A stretch of 64,000 nucleotides of DNA from Laetmonice hystrix (lineage: Eukaryota): positions 20,708,001 to 20,772,000 of the forward strand of contig OZ249436.1 of NCBI GenBank assembly GCA_965235115.1. The letters run 5' to 3'. The notes under the pieces are model-generated. The model was not told the origin of the DNA and did not search any database. It was given only the letters and a program-made list of their open reading frames with translations. This document shows positions 1 to 14,413 of the stretch, piece after piece; position 1 is the first letter of the stretch, and every line of letters starts with the position of its first letter. The position numbers and the translations under genes are program-made.

Positions 1-105
1 TGGTTCAAGTCTCTCTCCCGAATTGTTATTAATGACAAGACAAACATATCCCTTATAACGACGCACTGTAGGATACACAATCGATGATCAAGGTATTTTA
101 GACCT

Positions 106-234
106 GGCACCGGTTCACAAGCACAGTCAAGTCAATTTTCATTGATTTGAAGTCAATGTTATCTAGAATCTGATTGGCTAAAACGGATTTCAAGTTAATT
201 AAAGTTGACTTGACTTTTATTGTGAACAGGGCCC
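106..234. mobile_element. Short MITE, PIF/Harbinger-like
   Basis: Imperfect ~30-bp terminal inverted repeats (ggcaccggttcacaa..agtcaagtcaa / ttgacttgact..ttgtgaacagggccc). No clean TSD could be read. Confidence 0.45.
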
Positions 235-835
235 AAGTTTTACACAGAAGTCCTTAGGACCCCCACCCACTCCACCCCATATCCAGAGGTGCTCAAAGAC
301 TTTATCGATAGTTAAATTAACCGCTATATATGGCATCATCAACAGTCGTGCCCAAATACAAATGCCAATCGACATTTCTGTGAGGGATCACTCCCACCCC
401 ACCCCCGCACAAGCCCCATCCCCAGCGCTCGAGCCCCAGCCCCAGCCCCAGCCCGCGCCCCAGTCTCTGTGTTCGCCCCCGGAGGTCCCAGGATCACGTA
501 CCACCGATGCCCCCCACCCCTAGTCTACTATGCAGTTCTCAGACTTTTCTCCACTTTCTGTTGAATCATGATGGTATATTTTACTGTGCCAACACCTCAT
601 CACTCCGGATGTAAGCCTCATCATAAATACCGCGAAAACAGGATGCAGACATGGCTGATGGGCAGAGGTTTTTTTTAAACGCTCTCTCTTCTATAGCAGG
701 CCATTCTTCAAAAAGGGCCCTGCAGTCAGGACTGTTATCAAGCTACACGTCTCATAAGTTTGGAACGAGACGGCTGGATATAGCCACACGTGGGCTAAAT
801 GAACGAGGTAACGGCACGCAGACCATCAAGTACCA

Positions 836-1596
836 CGTGGACACCCACCAACCTGAGCGACGTCTACATTCTAATGGACACCCACCAAACTGAGCGACGT
901 CTACATTGTACCCGTGGACACCCACCAACCTGACCGACGTCTACATTGTACCCGTGGACACCCACCAACCTGAGCGACGTCTACATTGTACCCGTGGACA
1001 CCCACCAACCTGACCGACGTCTACATTGTACCCCTGGACACCCACCAACCTGACCGACGTCTACATTATATCCGTGGACACCCACCAACCTGACCGACGT
1101 CTACATTGTACCCGTGGACACCCACCACCCTGAGCGACGTCTACATTGTACCCGTAGACACCCACCAACCTGAGCGACGTCTACATTGTACCCGTGGACA
1201 CCCACCAACCTGAGCGACGTCTACATTGTACCCGTGGACACCCACCAACCTGACCGACGTCTACATTGTACCCGTGGACACTCACCAACCTGACCGACGT
1301 CTACATTGTACCCGTGGACACCCACCAACCTGAGCGACGTCTACATTGTACCCGTGGACACCCACCAACCTGAGCGACGTCTACATTGTACCCGTGGACA
1401 CCCACCAACCTGAGCGACGTCTACATTCATTGTACCCGTGGACACCCACCAACCTGAGCGACGTCTACATTGTACCCGTGGACACCCACCAACCTGAGCG
1501 ACGTCTACATTGTACCCGTGGACACCCACCAACCTGAGCGACGTCTACATTGTACCCGTGGACACCCACCAACCTGACCGACGTCTACATTGTACC
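836..1596. repeat. 40-bp minisatellite, left array (~19 units)
   Basis: Unit cgtggacacccaccaacctga(g/c)cgacgtctacattgtacc repeated head-to-tail with no spacers. Confidence 0.97.
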
Positions 1597-2103
1597 TAAG
1601 GGTTTAAACATGATTTTCAGTGTGTGGCCCCAGATCACAGCACGAGGACCGAGACGGAACGTCGAGGTCCGAGTGCTGTGATCTGGGGCCACACACTGAA
1701 AATCATGTTTAAACCCTGTTCTACCATGACAATACCATATCTTAGACACCATTTTATTTCATAAATAATACCTAAAATATCAGAAAAAAGGCTTACCGAG
1801 TTTATAAGCTCTACATTACGACCGTGTTTACAAGTGGCAGTGCATTCCGAGCACGTTATAAAAGGCGCCACCTCAGTGGTTCATATCAGTCTAATTGTGA
1901 CGCTCTCACAATTGTTAGTAATTGTGTCGTCGTCATTGTGATTGTGTCGGCATAATTAAATAGATTCTGAACCAATCACGTTCTATCTTACAACCGCTGA
2001 CCGTGCTGTTGGTCGCTTTTACCGTGCTGTTGGTCTCGAGACCAACAGCACGGTGTTAATCCATCGTTCTCTATAGGGAGTGCACGGCTAGGCATGGTAG
2101 AAC
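1597..2103. mobile_element. Non-autonomous hairpin-ended element, Crypton-like, interrupting the 40-bp satellite
   Basis: Perfect 45-bp inverted arms (1599-1643 / 1673-1717) around a structured 29-nt loop with GCACGA..GAGTGC shoulders. A second perfect palindrome (accgtgctgttggtctcgagaccaacagcacggt) lies near the right end, and gttctaccatg (1718) / catggtagaac (2093) form an 11-bp IR. Removing 1597-2103 restores an intact satellite unit with no TSD. The Crypton assignment is from recalled resemblance only. Confidence 0.55.
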
Positions 2104-3669
2104 CGTGGACACCCACCAACCTGAGCGACGTCTACATTCATTGTACCCGTGGACACCCACTAACCTGAGCGACGTCTACATTGTACCCGTGGACACCCAC
2201 CAACCTGAGCGACGTCTACATTGTACCCGTGGACACCCACCAACCTGAGCGACGTCTACATTGTACCCGTGGACACCCACCAACCTGACCGACGTCTACA
2301 TTGTACCCGTGGACACCCACCAACCTGACCGACGTCTACATTGTACCCGTGGACACCCACCAACCTGAGCGACGTCTACATTGTACCCGTGGACACCCAC
2401 CAACCTGAGCGACGTCTACATTGTACCCGTGGACACCCACCAACCTGAGCGACGTCTACATTGTACCCGTGGACACCCACCAACCTGACCGACGTCTACA
2501 TTGTACCCGTGGACACCCACCAACCTGAGCGACGTCTACATTGTACCCGTGGACACCCACCAACCTGAGCGACGTCTACATTCATTGTACCCGTAGACAC
2601 CCACCAACCTGAGCGAGGTCTACATTGTACCCGTGGACACCCACCAACCTGAGCGAGGTCTACATTGTACCCGTGGACACCCACCAACCTGAGCGACGTC
2701 TACATTGTACCCGTGGACACCCACCAACCTGAGCGACGTCTACATTGTACCCGTGGACACCCACCAACCTGAGCGACGTCTACATTGTACCCGTGGACAC
2801 CCACCAACCTGACCGACGTCTACATTGTACCCGTGGACACTCACCAACCTGACCGACGTCTACATTGTACCCGTGGACACCCACCAACCTGAGCGACGTC
2901 TACATTGTACCCGTGGACACCCACCAACCTGAGCGACGTCTACATTGTACCCGTGGACACCCACCAACCTGAGCGACGTCTACATTGTACCCGTGGACAC
3001 CCACCAACCTGAGCGACGTCTACATTGTACCCGTGGACACCCACCAACCTGACCGACGTCTACATTGTACCCGTGGACACCCACCAACCTGAGCGACGTC
3101 TACATTGTACCCGTGGACACCCACCAACCTGAGCGACGTCTACATTGTACCCGTGGACACCCACCAACCTGACCGACGTCTACATTGTACCCGTGGACAC
3201 CCACCAACCTGAGCGACGTCTACATTGTACCCGTGGACACCCACCAACCTGAGCGACGTCTACATTGTACCCGTGGACACCCACCAACCTGACCGACGTC
3301 TACATTGTACCCGTGGACACCCACCAACCTGAGCGACGTCTACATTGTACCCGTGGACACCCACCTACCTGAGCGACGTCTACATTGTACCCGTGGACAC
3401 CCACCAACCTGACCGACGTCTACATTGTACCCGTGGACACCCACCAACCTGAGCGACGTCTACATTGTACCCGTGGACACCCACCAAACTGAGCGACGTC
3501 TACATTGTACCCGTGGACACCCACCAACCTGAGCGGTCTACATTGTACCCGTGGACACCCACCAACCTGACCGAGGTCTACATTGTACCCGTGGACACCC
3601 ACCAACCTGACCGACGTCTACATTGTACCCGTGGACACCCACCAACCTGAGCGACGTCTACATTGTACC
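2104..3669. repeat. 40-bp minisatellite, right array (~39 units)
   Basis: Same unit as 836-1596, nearly homogeneous, with g/c and occasional small indel variants. Confidence 0.97.
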
Positions 3670-6526
3670 TACGTTTACGTCGACTACCTTTGTATTGATT
3701 CTCAAGTCTGGGTTCCCATTTATACCTGTAAAAATCATAATTATAAAAAATGATCCTTAAAATGGCCCTGTCCAGGCGTGAAACCTTTCGGCGTTACCAT
3801 TTCGATGGAGACTGAAGGGACAAGACGCATCTCAAGAACGGGTTAGATGCTGTGGTGGAACACTGAAGGCTGATTGCATTGTATTGAGGACAAAAATGTG
3901 TCAGCAAGGAAACACCCTCGAGTAATGTTTCATAGAACAGGTGGCTGCAGGCTGCAGGGGAGGTCTGGGCGGGACAGGGCGGATCTGTGTATCAAACTAC
4001 ATGGTAGTAGGGGCATGTGTTCTACCCAACAACTATTAATGCTATTTTCATATAGTTTTAATTTCAGTACTTATTTTTATTAATACCATATCTCGCTTTC
4101 TCGTATAATATATTGTTATAACCGTGTCCATTCCGGTCCTGCCTACATATAATAAAACTCGGTCTTGGTAGGCTGCCTTTGACATGGGACGTATACCTGG
4201 TGAAAGAGTACGATTTACCCAGACACAAGAACGTGCATGTTTCTCCAAGCTATCAGTATTGCTACACAGAACTTTACTTATGTCGGCAGAAAAGTGATTC
4301 TCCATTCGAACAGAAAAATCACTACCATATCTCCAGTCCTTATCATTTCTCCAGATAAAAATCCCCTCTGGACCGTGCAGACTTCAGATATATTGTGATG
4401 TCTTGAATGGAATCTGTGATGAACTGCTGAGTGTATCCCTATAGCCACATACCATGAGGGAAAGCTCAATGAGTGGGAGTTAAATCTGTTTTGTAGACGT
4501 TCATCTTTCAATACCTGAAAGTTGTGAAACTGAAAGAATTCCATTATATTCATTCAAAATTTTCCATCCAATACCTGGATATCGCAGTAAATCTTCGTTC
4601 CCTCTGCGCTAGGGTTAAACTAATATCTTATCTCAGTGGTTCTGGACTGTTCAGCTGGCTCCCTTTGACCTCACCGACTTGTAGTCCCGTCATTCAGGGA
4701 GGTCGGAACCGTTCTGCTTTACATCTCATGCCGTAAAACATTGTCTCCAAATTGTTCTCCACTTTCTTAACATTTTTTGACTCGTTTTTAACACATAACC
4801 CATATTTTTCCATTAATTAATGGTTGCCCCATATTACATGACAGCTGCTGGCTGGCTTCCCCTTCCCCCACGTTGAATACCTTCCGGCACCCTTGTGTAT
4901 ATTATGGATTCCTGTTAAAGTCCAGACAGTGGGAACGTCTAATATTTACATCATCCCAAACTGAGTTGTTGGTAGCTTATAAAACACGGCCAGGAAGCAA
5001 TTAGGCAGAACGAGCATAAGAAGCGTGGAAACCTAGCCTTCAATTAGCCCCCTTTATCATTTGAAAGTGGCTGCTTCCTTCCTGTGCCAGGACCACAGTA
5101 TTCATGGATATAAATCATGTGTGAAAACTAGTCCCGCCACAGCCTCTTATCCCCAAGATCAGGTATAATGGCCCCCTGCACTGCGCAACCATAGAGTATG
5201 GTAGGACCAGGAGGCCCACCACACTTACACTACCCACCTTAACTTCTACTTCCTTTCAATAAACACCCCGCCCCCCAAAAAACAGAACATATCCAGCCCA
5301 CTTCCGGTGCCAATATTATACCTGGCTTTTAGCGTCTCTCCCCGTTTATGTGACCCTCAGCCGACGTTCCCAAGTGGCTGGAATGAGTAACAGTGGCCAA
5401 TATTGAGGATGTTAGCCATCAGTGGTGAGAGGGGCCCCAACCTACGAGGGGGTCCTGCTGCGGCTGGCCTCTGTCCTTCTGGTGACAGCTGGGGAGGGGC
5501 CCCGGATAATGTGTTTTGTAATGCGGTGCAACTATCACAATTACCAGGATGTGGTCCGCTAGTTGATCCTTTGAGTTACTGCTACATCAATGGGGGTTCC
5601 CGTTTGTGGTTGAATAATGGCAATAGAGATCGCAAGAACTTGAAACTACGCTGTTCGGTTTTTGAGTTCCACGAGGCCAGGTATATGGGCCCAGCTGGAG
5701 CAGAAACTGCGCAGTGTCAGAGTGCAATGGATTTTTCTACCAATGTACATGCGAAACTAGCAAACACTGTGCAGACCACTGATAAGAGAGATACGTGAAA
5801 CTGTAATATTTTTTATGGGAATATGTAGAGCTTTCTCATGGGAATATCATGACTTATTAGGCAAGGTCACGTTTACAAGGTCACAAACAACAATCAGAAG
5901 GTAGAAAAACCAGGAAAGGGAACCGATCTGGCACTGGTTTGCACGCGGTCAGTCACACTGATCTCTACTTGACAATATTTCAGTCCCAACCCATCCATCT
6001 TTAAAAACCTACTGAAAATCGACCCCCAAATCAACGTTTTCACCCAGGAGCACAAGGATTTCCTCCGTGTGCATCAATCTGCCATTCTGTTATCCCCCGC
6101 TTTTTGAAGTGTTAGGACTAGTAAAAGATATCTATAGATGCAGTGTGGGAATGATAATTCAGGCTATATCTTACCACCCTCCGACATCTCTGATCTAATA
6201 TAAACCCCGTCTAGTGTAAAAACTCTCCCGGTTTCTACTGTTTTTTTTGAGTTGGTGATACCTATAAAAGCGGTCATCATGTGAGACCCAGGTAGATACA
6301 GCTTACTGCTGCGGCCAGTGATAGAGACTGGCGGGATCTTAGTGGGTCACTACCAGGGGTCCTGTCATCAACCGGCGGACATCCCACTCACCACTCCCCA
6401 TTCCGACTCCGGGAGGAGGGGGGGGGGGGGGCAGGACACACACTCCACACCCTCACTGGAGAGTCCACCATCATCATGGCTCATATTTGTGGTCCTCAAT
6501 ATACATAATCGAACTCTGAACATTTC

Positions 6527-6782
6527 CAGAGGCGGATCTAGGGGGCAGAGGCCCGCCCCCTAAATTTTGGACAAGTATAGTATAACTTAGGCCCAAATGA
6601 ACCCAGCCACCCCTTTCGAGCAGTAAAGTAAGGTTTAACAGTAAACCTGGAGATTTATGAAGATTGACATTTGTATAAAACATGATTTAGTTATCAGCAG
6701 TTCAGGACTAGCCACCCCTTTCCGACTTCGTCCCGGTGCCCCCCCCCCCCCCCCCCAAGCGAAAATCCTGGATCCGCCCCTG
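6527..6782. mobile_element. MITE with CAG(A/G)GGCGGATC TIRs, hAT-like
   Basis: TIRs cagaggcggatct / ggatccgcccctg (11/13 match). Flanks atttc / attta give a 4/5 match to a 5-bp TSD. Confidence 0.7.
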
Positions 6783-7953
6783 ATTTACCCTTCAAATATG
6801 TGTAGCCTACATGTACGATCTGTCAATCACAGTGAACACCGGTGGGTGACTTGACTCGTGCCCCGTCAATCTGTTCATTCTTCACAGTTCTCTGGGACTC
6901 AACCAGGGAATGATCACGATTTGAACAAATCGGGGTTCACTCTAGTCAAGGTGGGCCTATGCCTAGGTACAATGGCTATGGAGAGATTCATGAGTTGCCA
7001 GTGACACTGACAGTTGCAAGTCCCTACATGTGCGAGGAACATGTTAACAGCCGCCTCCGGTCAAGAGAAAACTCTGACAGGGAGAGTGACGCAGTGAGCG
7101 TCACGTCTGTCACCTTGACACAGCGTTCACGGCTGACTGAGCACGCTGCCAGAGACACCCCAGTCATCTCCATGGCGACATCAACCACACTTCATGCATG
7201 ACCTTGGGTGACTCTGGCCTTATATTGTTTCCTCCATGTCTTCAATGACCCGCTCTGGTTTAGATATCCGTAAAAATGCATGATCAATGGAGTGACTAAT
7301 CATGATCTATGTTTATAGGGGAGTTAGTGATTAAAGAGAGAAAGGGGAATGACCTGATCGGCTGGACCGGCCATTTTAATGTGAGAATATTGATGCAGTA
7401 GTTCTACTTTTCCAGTCCATGCAGTGGGGATGATGCGATGATTAACGTAATATTAAGGACCCTATTTCAAAAGTGCATAGAGGTAATTCCGTAGGCCTAC
7501 TTCAGTACCAGATAGCATTTCTGTGTTGGGGGTTCCGTACTTAAAACTCACCAAAATCACTGTTCCACGGAAACGTCAACCCCCCCGCCTCAAAGAAAGT
7601 ACCATAGTAAATAACAAACAAAAACAAACAAACAAAAGACCCCCCAAATCCCCCCCGGTATTTTGAGGTTGTATTACAGTATGTGTATTCCGTCTTCTGG
7701 GCTGGCAGTACAAACCTAGGAGCATTGTTCTGGGATTGGAAACAATACTGCACGTACAATTCGCTCCATGTATGCTAGTGGGTGACTTTTATAAAAACAA
7801 GTTTCTCTTCAAGATAAATACCCCGGAGGGGAGGTAGTGCAACATATTCCATCAATTGACTTGTTTTATAAGGCTAAGTCCAGCCTCGCGCACCCAGAGC
7901 CTGTCCTTGCTGACCTCACTGAGTTGGTTTTGTAATGGCTCCCTTCTTAATGA

Positions 7954-9101
7954 TCTGATACACACCATGCCATCACGAGACAGAGGTAGTCAGTCAGGGA
8001 TGAGATGTTGTGACGTCCTCACAGACCCAATGACGTATTATCCAGATACTCTGATACACACCATGACATCACGAGACAGAGGTAGTCAGTCAGGGATGAG
8101 ATGTTGTGACGTCCTCACAGACCCAATGACGTATTATCCAGATACTCTGATACACACCATGCCATCACGAGACAGAGGTAGTCAGTCGGGATGAGATGTT
8201 GTGACGTCCTCACAGACCCAATGACGTATTATCCAGATACTCTGATACACACCATGCCATCACGAGACAGAGGTAGTCAGTCCGGGATGAGATGTTGTGA
8301 CGTCCTCACAGACCCAATGACGTATTATACAGATACTCAGATACACACCATGACATCACGAGACAGAGGTAGTCAGTCCGGGATGAGATGTTGTGACGTC
8401 CTCACAGACCCAATGACGTATTATCCAGATACTCTGATACACACCCTGCCATCACGAGACAGAGGTAGTCAGTCAGGGATGAGATGTTGTGACGTCCTCA
8501 CAGACCCAATGACGTATTATCCAGATACTCTGATACACACCCTGCCATCACGAGACAGAGGTAGTCAGTCCGGGATGAGATGTTGTGACGTCCTCACAGA
8601 CCCAATGACGTATTATCCAGATACTCTGATACACACCCTGCCATCACGAGACAGAGGTAGTCAGTCGGGATGAGATGTTGTGACGTCCTCACAGACCCAA
8701 TGACGTATTATCCAGATACTCTGATACACACCATGCCATCACGAGACAGAGGTAGTCAGTCGGGATGAGATGTTGTGACGTCCTCACAGACCCAATGACG
8801 TATTATCCAGATACTCTGATACACACCATGCCATCACGAGACAGAGGTAGTCAGTCGGGATGAGATGTTGTGACGTCCTCACAGACCCAATGACGTATTA
8901 TCCAGATACTCTGATACACACCATGCCATCACGAGACAGAGGTAGTCAGTCGGGATGAGATGTTGTGACGTCCTCACAGACCTAATGACGTATTATCCAG
9001 ATACTCTGATACACACACTGCCATCACGAGACAGAGGTAGTCAGTCCGGGATGAGATGTTGTGAGATCCTCCTCACAGAACCAATGACGTATTATTCAGG
9101 T
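7954..9101. repeat. 95-96-bp tandem repeat (~12 units)
   Basis: Unit ctgatacacaccatgccatcacgagacagaggtagtcagtc(a/c/-)gggatgagatgttgtgacgtcctcacagacccaatgacgtattatccagatact. One-base indels shift the apparent 32-aa ORF. Confidence 0.96.
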
Positions 9102-10002
9102 CCAAAAGTGGCGATGACGAATACCTGTTGAATCCTGTGGAGTATGCCGGTCTTCCCGATCGGGAATTTGAATGTGTTTTAATCTGGCCACAAACACTTA
9201 CCTGAAGAGGATTACACGCGGGCCCGTTAAAACGTTACTGGTGAGAGTCTATAAGATCGCTTACGTAACTATCAATGACGGACAAAACTTTTGAGGCCCT
9301 TACAGACTTCGTATTGTCCGCAAAATTCCGGCTAGCTCGTTTTAGACTTCCGCGAGACCATTAGGGAAACACTCATCAGTGTCTGACGACCAGCTGATAG
9401 ATGAGAAGGCATTCAGACAAACTAGTTTGATTCAAGTCCCCACTAGATGAACCTCGGCGCAATGAGTTGGCCTAGTCTGAGCCTATAGAGAGACGGAATC
9501 CGGTTCGATGAGATACAAGTAATTTAATCAACCTCTTTGATAACGTTTGCCTATATCGTGATTCAAGTGGCGGTTTTCCACGGAATAGGAACTTCACTCT
9601 GCTACAGTTGTCATTCTGTGCCCCGCCAAACTGATTCCAAGGTGACTGGGGAACCCGTCGTGTGGCTGATAAGCAGGGTTTGGGTGCCGCCACGTCACAT
9701 CAGGGTTCACAAATGTACGCATACCTTTATGTGTCTGTGGTATGTAAATGGTGCTGGTCTGGGGAGAAATCCCAAAGTTTGAAGTATTACTATTAAGACC
9801 ACGCACGCATGCACTCCCTGAGGTGCACGTTCGCTGAGTCCATCTTGAGTAGTGCGCCATCAAGTATTCCCCGGGTGGGGTTGGTGTGGGTGAGGGTGGG
9901 GGTATGAGGTTTATCCCCTGCGAAGACCAGGTCATGTCTATCAACCAACAATCACGCCTTATACATCAGGATATCTATATGGTGTCCAATAATGATCCTC
10001 TT

Positions 10003-10193
10003 TCAAAGCGAACTTATAACAGTTATCAGTTCTTACTCGCAGATTGAGTATCAAAGCGAACTTTATAACAGTTATCAGTTCTTACTCGCAGATTGAGTAT
10101 CAAAGCGAACTTATAACAGTTATCAGTTCTTACTCGCAGATTGAGTATCAAAGCGAACTTATAACAGTTATCAGTTCTTACTCGCAGATTGAG
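10003..10193. repeat. 48-bp tandem repeat (4 units)
   Basis: tcaaagcgaacttataacagttatcagttcttactcgcagattgagta x4. Confidence 0.95.
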
Positions 10194-13100
10194 CTCTGCT
10201 GTTTCAAAGGTGAGGATCAATGAAAATGTCCATGCGTTACAAAGAACTCGGGACACCGATTTATTTCTATTGAATTACCACCTTTTTTTATGGGAATGTG
10301 TGTGTTACCATAACAACATGCACCCCAGAGCACAGTGTCGGCTCACATCGACAGTATCAGTTTGGTGTGCGTGTGTGCCTGAGCCTTTACCTAACAACAG
10401 GAAGTTGGTGTGGTCTCCGGCAGTTTGGTGACGAGCCACCCCCACACTTGCAACTCGGACCAAGGTCACTTTCAATTATAATCGACCATGCCGTCAAGGA
10501 CCTGTCACCTAACCTTGGATAGATGAAGGCCTTTTAAAGAGGTAGCACAGCTATGAAGTGTCATTACCACTTTTTCTAAACCTCTTTTGCTTGCAGTTGA
10601 AAGGATAAACAAAGAATCTTGTTATGTCTAGCAAGAGAAATCAGTTTCTGCTCAGTGTAACCATGTGAGGATTATCTAGGAATACAGGAAGTGTCCGAAA
10701 CTAAGCAAAGATATCACTTTAAAGGTTTATTACACAGACCTTCTGACTAACAGTGGCACTGCCACAGAACTTTTGTTTGGAGCTGGTGCAGATGCAATGC
10801 AATACACTTCTTACAGAGTGGTAACAGTAAATTAAGGAAGGGGAAATCGTGAGATTGAGGAAGTCGATCGCTCGCACTTTTGGAACCGGGATACAGTTGT
10901 GTTGAGAAAAAGATGTCGATGTCAGGCTAAACCAATGATATCATGACTATAACCTTTAGGCCTACCTCATAACTTGATTACTTCTGCTGGAAACTCTTTT
11001 TTTACCATTATTATATAGCCCCGACCCTCATCTCAATCTTATCCTACCAAGTAGGCTACTGGTGGAGATATGTAATAAGTGCCTGGGGGAGATGTCCTAG
11101 CTTTTAGGAGTAGGCCTACCTCGATCAGATAATCAAATTCGCAGTACCTAAGATACTGGTGAATATCCGAGGGCCAAATGCTTACATAGCCTACTGATAG
11201 GGTGGAAGTCATTATGATGAGGTGACCAGATGCACGTCTATAATACAAATTCCAAAGAAGCCTGTCGGCCTTAGCTATAGTCCACTCATAACTCACAGGA
11301 TTAAAAAAATTACAACCTCTATTTAATTCCTACTTCTGAAACGTGACTAGCCACAAGAATCTCGATGTCGGGTTTGAGGAGGCACGTTTCTCGAGCCCTC
11401 CCGTTGAGACAGCACATCGGTTTGTCAGACGACTGCAGCGCCTCTGCTGCCACTGTGTCTGAGGCTGCCACTGTGTCTGAGGCTGCCATTGGGGCTGGGC
11501 CCGCTAAACTCCAGACTCGAAAATCACGTGAAGCATGCAGCTGGCTAGGATCCTGACACGCCAACGTTGCTGTCAGGTTACCTGAACCGTTGCGCGATCT
11601 CGCGAGAAAGGACTTCCATTCTGACGCTGAAGCTATACGACATTGTCTCAACCAATCAATGATCCGAACCACCGTAATGCCGTCAAACTACGCTAGGTGG
11701 CGCAGGCGGCAGGCAAACAAGGATGTTTCAATAATCGACATCTCTATGACGAGTCGTCACAAGATTCTGCAACTCGTCAGCGTAAAGAAGATCTAAAGGT
11801 ATTGGACGACGTTAAAGATACCCCTACTTAAATAGTCGAGCCCTTCCTTATAAAATTTAAGCAAAAGTATTACCTGTGAGAAAGTTTAAAGTTGTGAATT
11901 AAGGAGGCTTACAAGTGTAGCTCTATCATAGTAGGCCTATCTAATATACATGTATATAGTCTGCTGAGTATACAAATAAAGTGATTTTTCTTTATGGAAA
12001 CCAAGGCCAGATAATACAAAGATAATTTCAGTATTTACATAATAATATGCACTCCACGTTTGTGTTCCTGCTCTTCCACGAAAAAAAATCTTCACTGGCC
12101 AACATGTCTGTAGAGTGTAGACATTCTTTACTTAGTAAATGGTATTTAGGAAACCTGGCCTGTGAGGCCTTGATGCTACAAAAGGAGCCCTGCCATATAC
12201 CTCCTGCCTCCTCTGCCTGCCAACCATGTCATGTTATGACACAGTAGATGACAAACGCCAGGTCAACAGTCAGGCATGGTACACTTCATGCCTGGATATT
12301 TGCCCAAGTCTAAATACCGGGGGTATTCCGTCCTCGCTCGTTTCTATATTTGTACGGCTCAAAGTTCAAACAGTCTACATAGGAAAGGTTACCTGTTACA
12401 TAAGTTGTACGAATCCGATGAGATAGATAGATCAATCGCCGTACCCTTTTAAAAAGCCCTGTTCCTGTGTGCTTGTCGTTGAGCCAAATTTCTACAGCCA
12501 ACCCCTTACTGGAGGAACCCCCGGCAGTCCCTACTCTCAACCTGCTGTAAGTAGGCCTATGTACCCGCACGACCTCTCAAATAAAACTACCCTGCTCAAA
12601 CATTTCTTTTTTCATATCCTGCCCCCTTTATCTCACCATTATATCACCAGATGTCTTTACTTATAAAAGTGCGGAATTTTACAGCAATCTGGAACCTGTA
12701 TTTCACAGAAGGATGCCCTGTTCCCATAATGCTGTCCTAGAAATGCTAGAGCAAGTGAACGTAGAGGGTTAATTTGTGGTAAAGTAACCAGAATTCAGTG
12801 CCAACAGACCCTATAATTACCTTAGGTGTCATTCACTTATTATGGACCATGGTTCGAGATGACACAGATGTGTACAAATCCACTCTATAGATTAAGATCA
12901 ACATTTATTGTTATCTTTGTATTAATGCCATTAAATGAGAAATGAAGTATCTGACAAAAAAACACTGTTAATTCACCCCTCAGGCTTACACCCAACGAAG
13001 CTAAAAACGGCCAGTGTCGCCAAGGCAGCTGCTTCTTGTGAGAAAGAGCAACCAGAAACGATAAGTGCTTTAGACTAGATAGTAAATTGGGACAGAATCG

Positions 13101-14311
13101 TTTTTCATGTGAAGCTCTTATTCTTTGAGCCAACAAAAACATAGGCCGTTTTCTTCAGGAAGAGGCCTCAAGATTGGTTGAATGAAGTCTGGGCTGAGAA
13201 CTCATTCAAACGATATGAACTAAAATACCAAAACAACATACTGCCTTTTCTCAAAGCCTATAAAGAATATTTTATTTGTCCTAAACGTGAAAAAAGGTTG
13301 AGATCTGTAACGTTTAAGATTTAAATGACTTGTACAAGACGTGGAGGCATTAGGTTATCCATTATCATCCTGCCCCACTAGTCTTATCGTGAAGAAAACA
13401 TCTGCGAGTTCAGCCCACCAACGACCAATTAAAGCCGCATGCTGCACATGCATCCCTGAATTATTGGCGGCAGTAGCCTATACTACCACTTCCGCCACCG
13501 TTAGGTAATACCCTGTCATTCTGCTCGCCATGTGTGTGTGTCTATCGCACAGCCTGGCTCAGTCTTGCCATTACCAAACTACCTCCAGCATATTATAACA
13601 CATTTTCAGTTCAGTGCGTTTCATTCAGATCATCGTTTGTCATGGGGTAAAGACTTACATGACAACGAGTTTCTACAACCTGAGGGGTGGGAGGGTTGAG
13701 CATGAACAACGGAACATTTTAAGTCAGATTATAATTCAAATAATAATTCTGGTTATCATTTAAAACAATTCTACCATTGTAGCGCTATAAGGATTGCATT
13801 TCGAGTTTTGACTTTCGAGTGGCGAAGAACTTCCTTCGCCACATGTGATTTGGGTGAACCCAACGTAACACTAGGAAACCAACATTTATCAGGAATTATT
13901 TATAGCCAGACTTGAAGCTGTTAGGGTTGACCATTTTCAGAGTCAGCACTGACGTGTTTTCATTACAATATATACAAACACGACATATACCTCATGTTAT
14001 CATAGGCAACACAAACTATTTTGTTGGCAGTGTACGTCAATATGTACAGTTTTTCTTGACCTGACTCTTGTTTCCGAGGTATACTGTGTCCAATGCCACT
14101 ACCCAAATTCCATGACTAGTTAGAGTTTCATATTGTTACTCGATCCCCATGTCATTAGCACCGTACCCTCGAAAATATACCCCATTTGAACAAATCTGAC
14201 AGATGGCAATTGACCTTTAGTGCGACACCGAAAAAAATATATCCGTAATACCGTGTAGATGCGAATCAATTTGTTCTAACGGTTCTATCGCAGTTTCTGT
14301 GTGACAAGACT

Positions 14312-14413
14312 CGGTCCTGCTGAAGACAGAGACAGGAACGGACGACCTAGGGCGGTGACATGCGGTCCTGTTGAAGACCGAGACAGGAACGGACGACCTA
14401 GGGCGGTGACATG
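14312..14413. repeat. 51-bp tandem duplication (2 units)
   Basis: cggtcctg(c/t)tgaagac(a/c)gagacaggaacggacgacctagggcggtgacatg x2. Confidence 0.9.

Noticed and set aside
836-3669. Regular short repeats (also 20977-21756) superficially like a CRISPR array
   Set aside because: The units are head-to-tail with no unique spacers, there are no cas genes, and the context is a eukaryotic intron.
7856-8673. ORFs with repeated 32-aa peptide; similar ORFs in the 40-, 48- and 33-bp arrays
   Set aside because: They are products of tandem repeats. Frames are broken by 1-bp unit indels, and there is no splice or start context.
11319-11672. 117-aa minus-strand ORF
   Set aside because: It has a non-ATG start, no recognisable domain and no flanking splice sites in the required phase. 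It may be a decayed retroelement.
13819-13842. 9-bp stem hairpin gtggcgaag-aacttc-cttcgccac
   Set aside because: It is isolated and short, most likely internal to a decayed repeat, and supports no functional claim.
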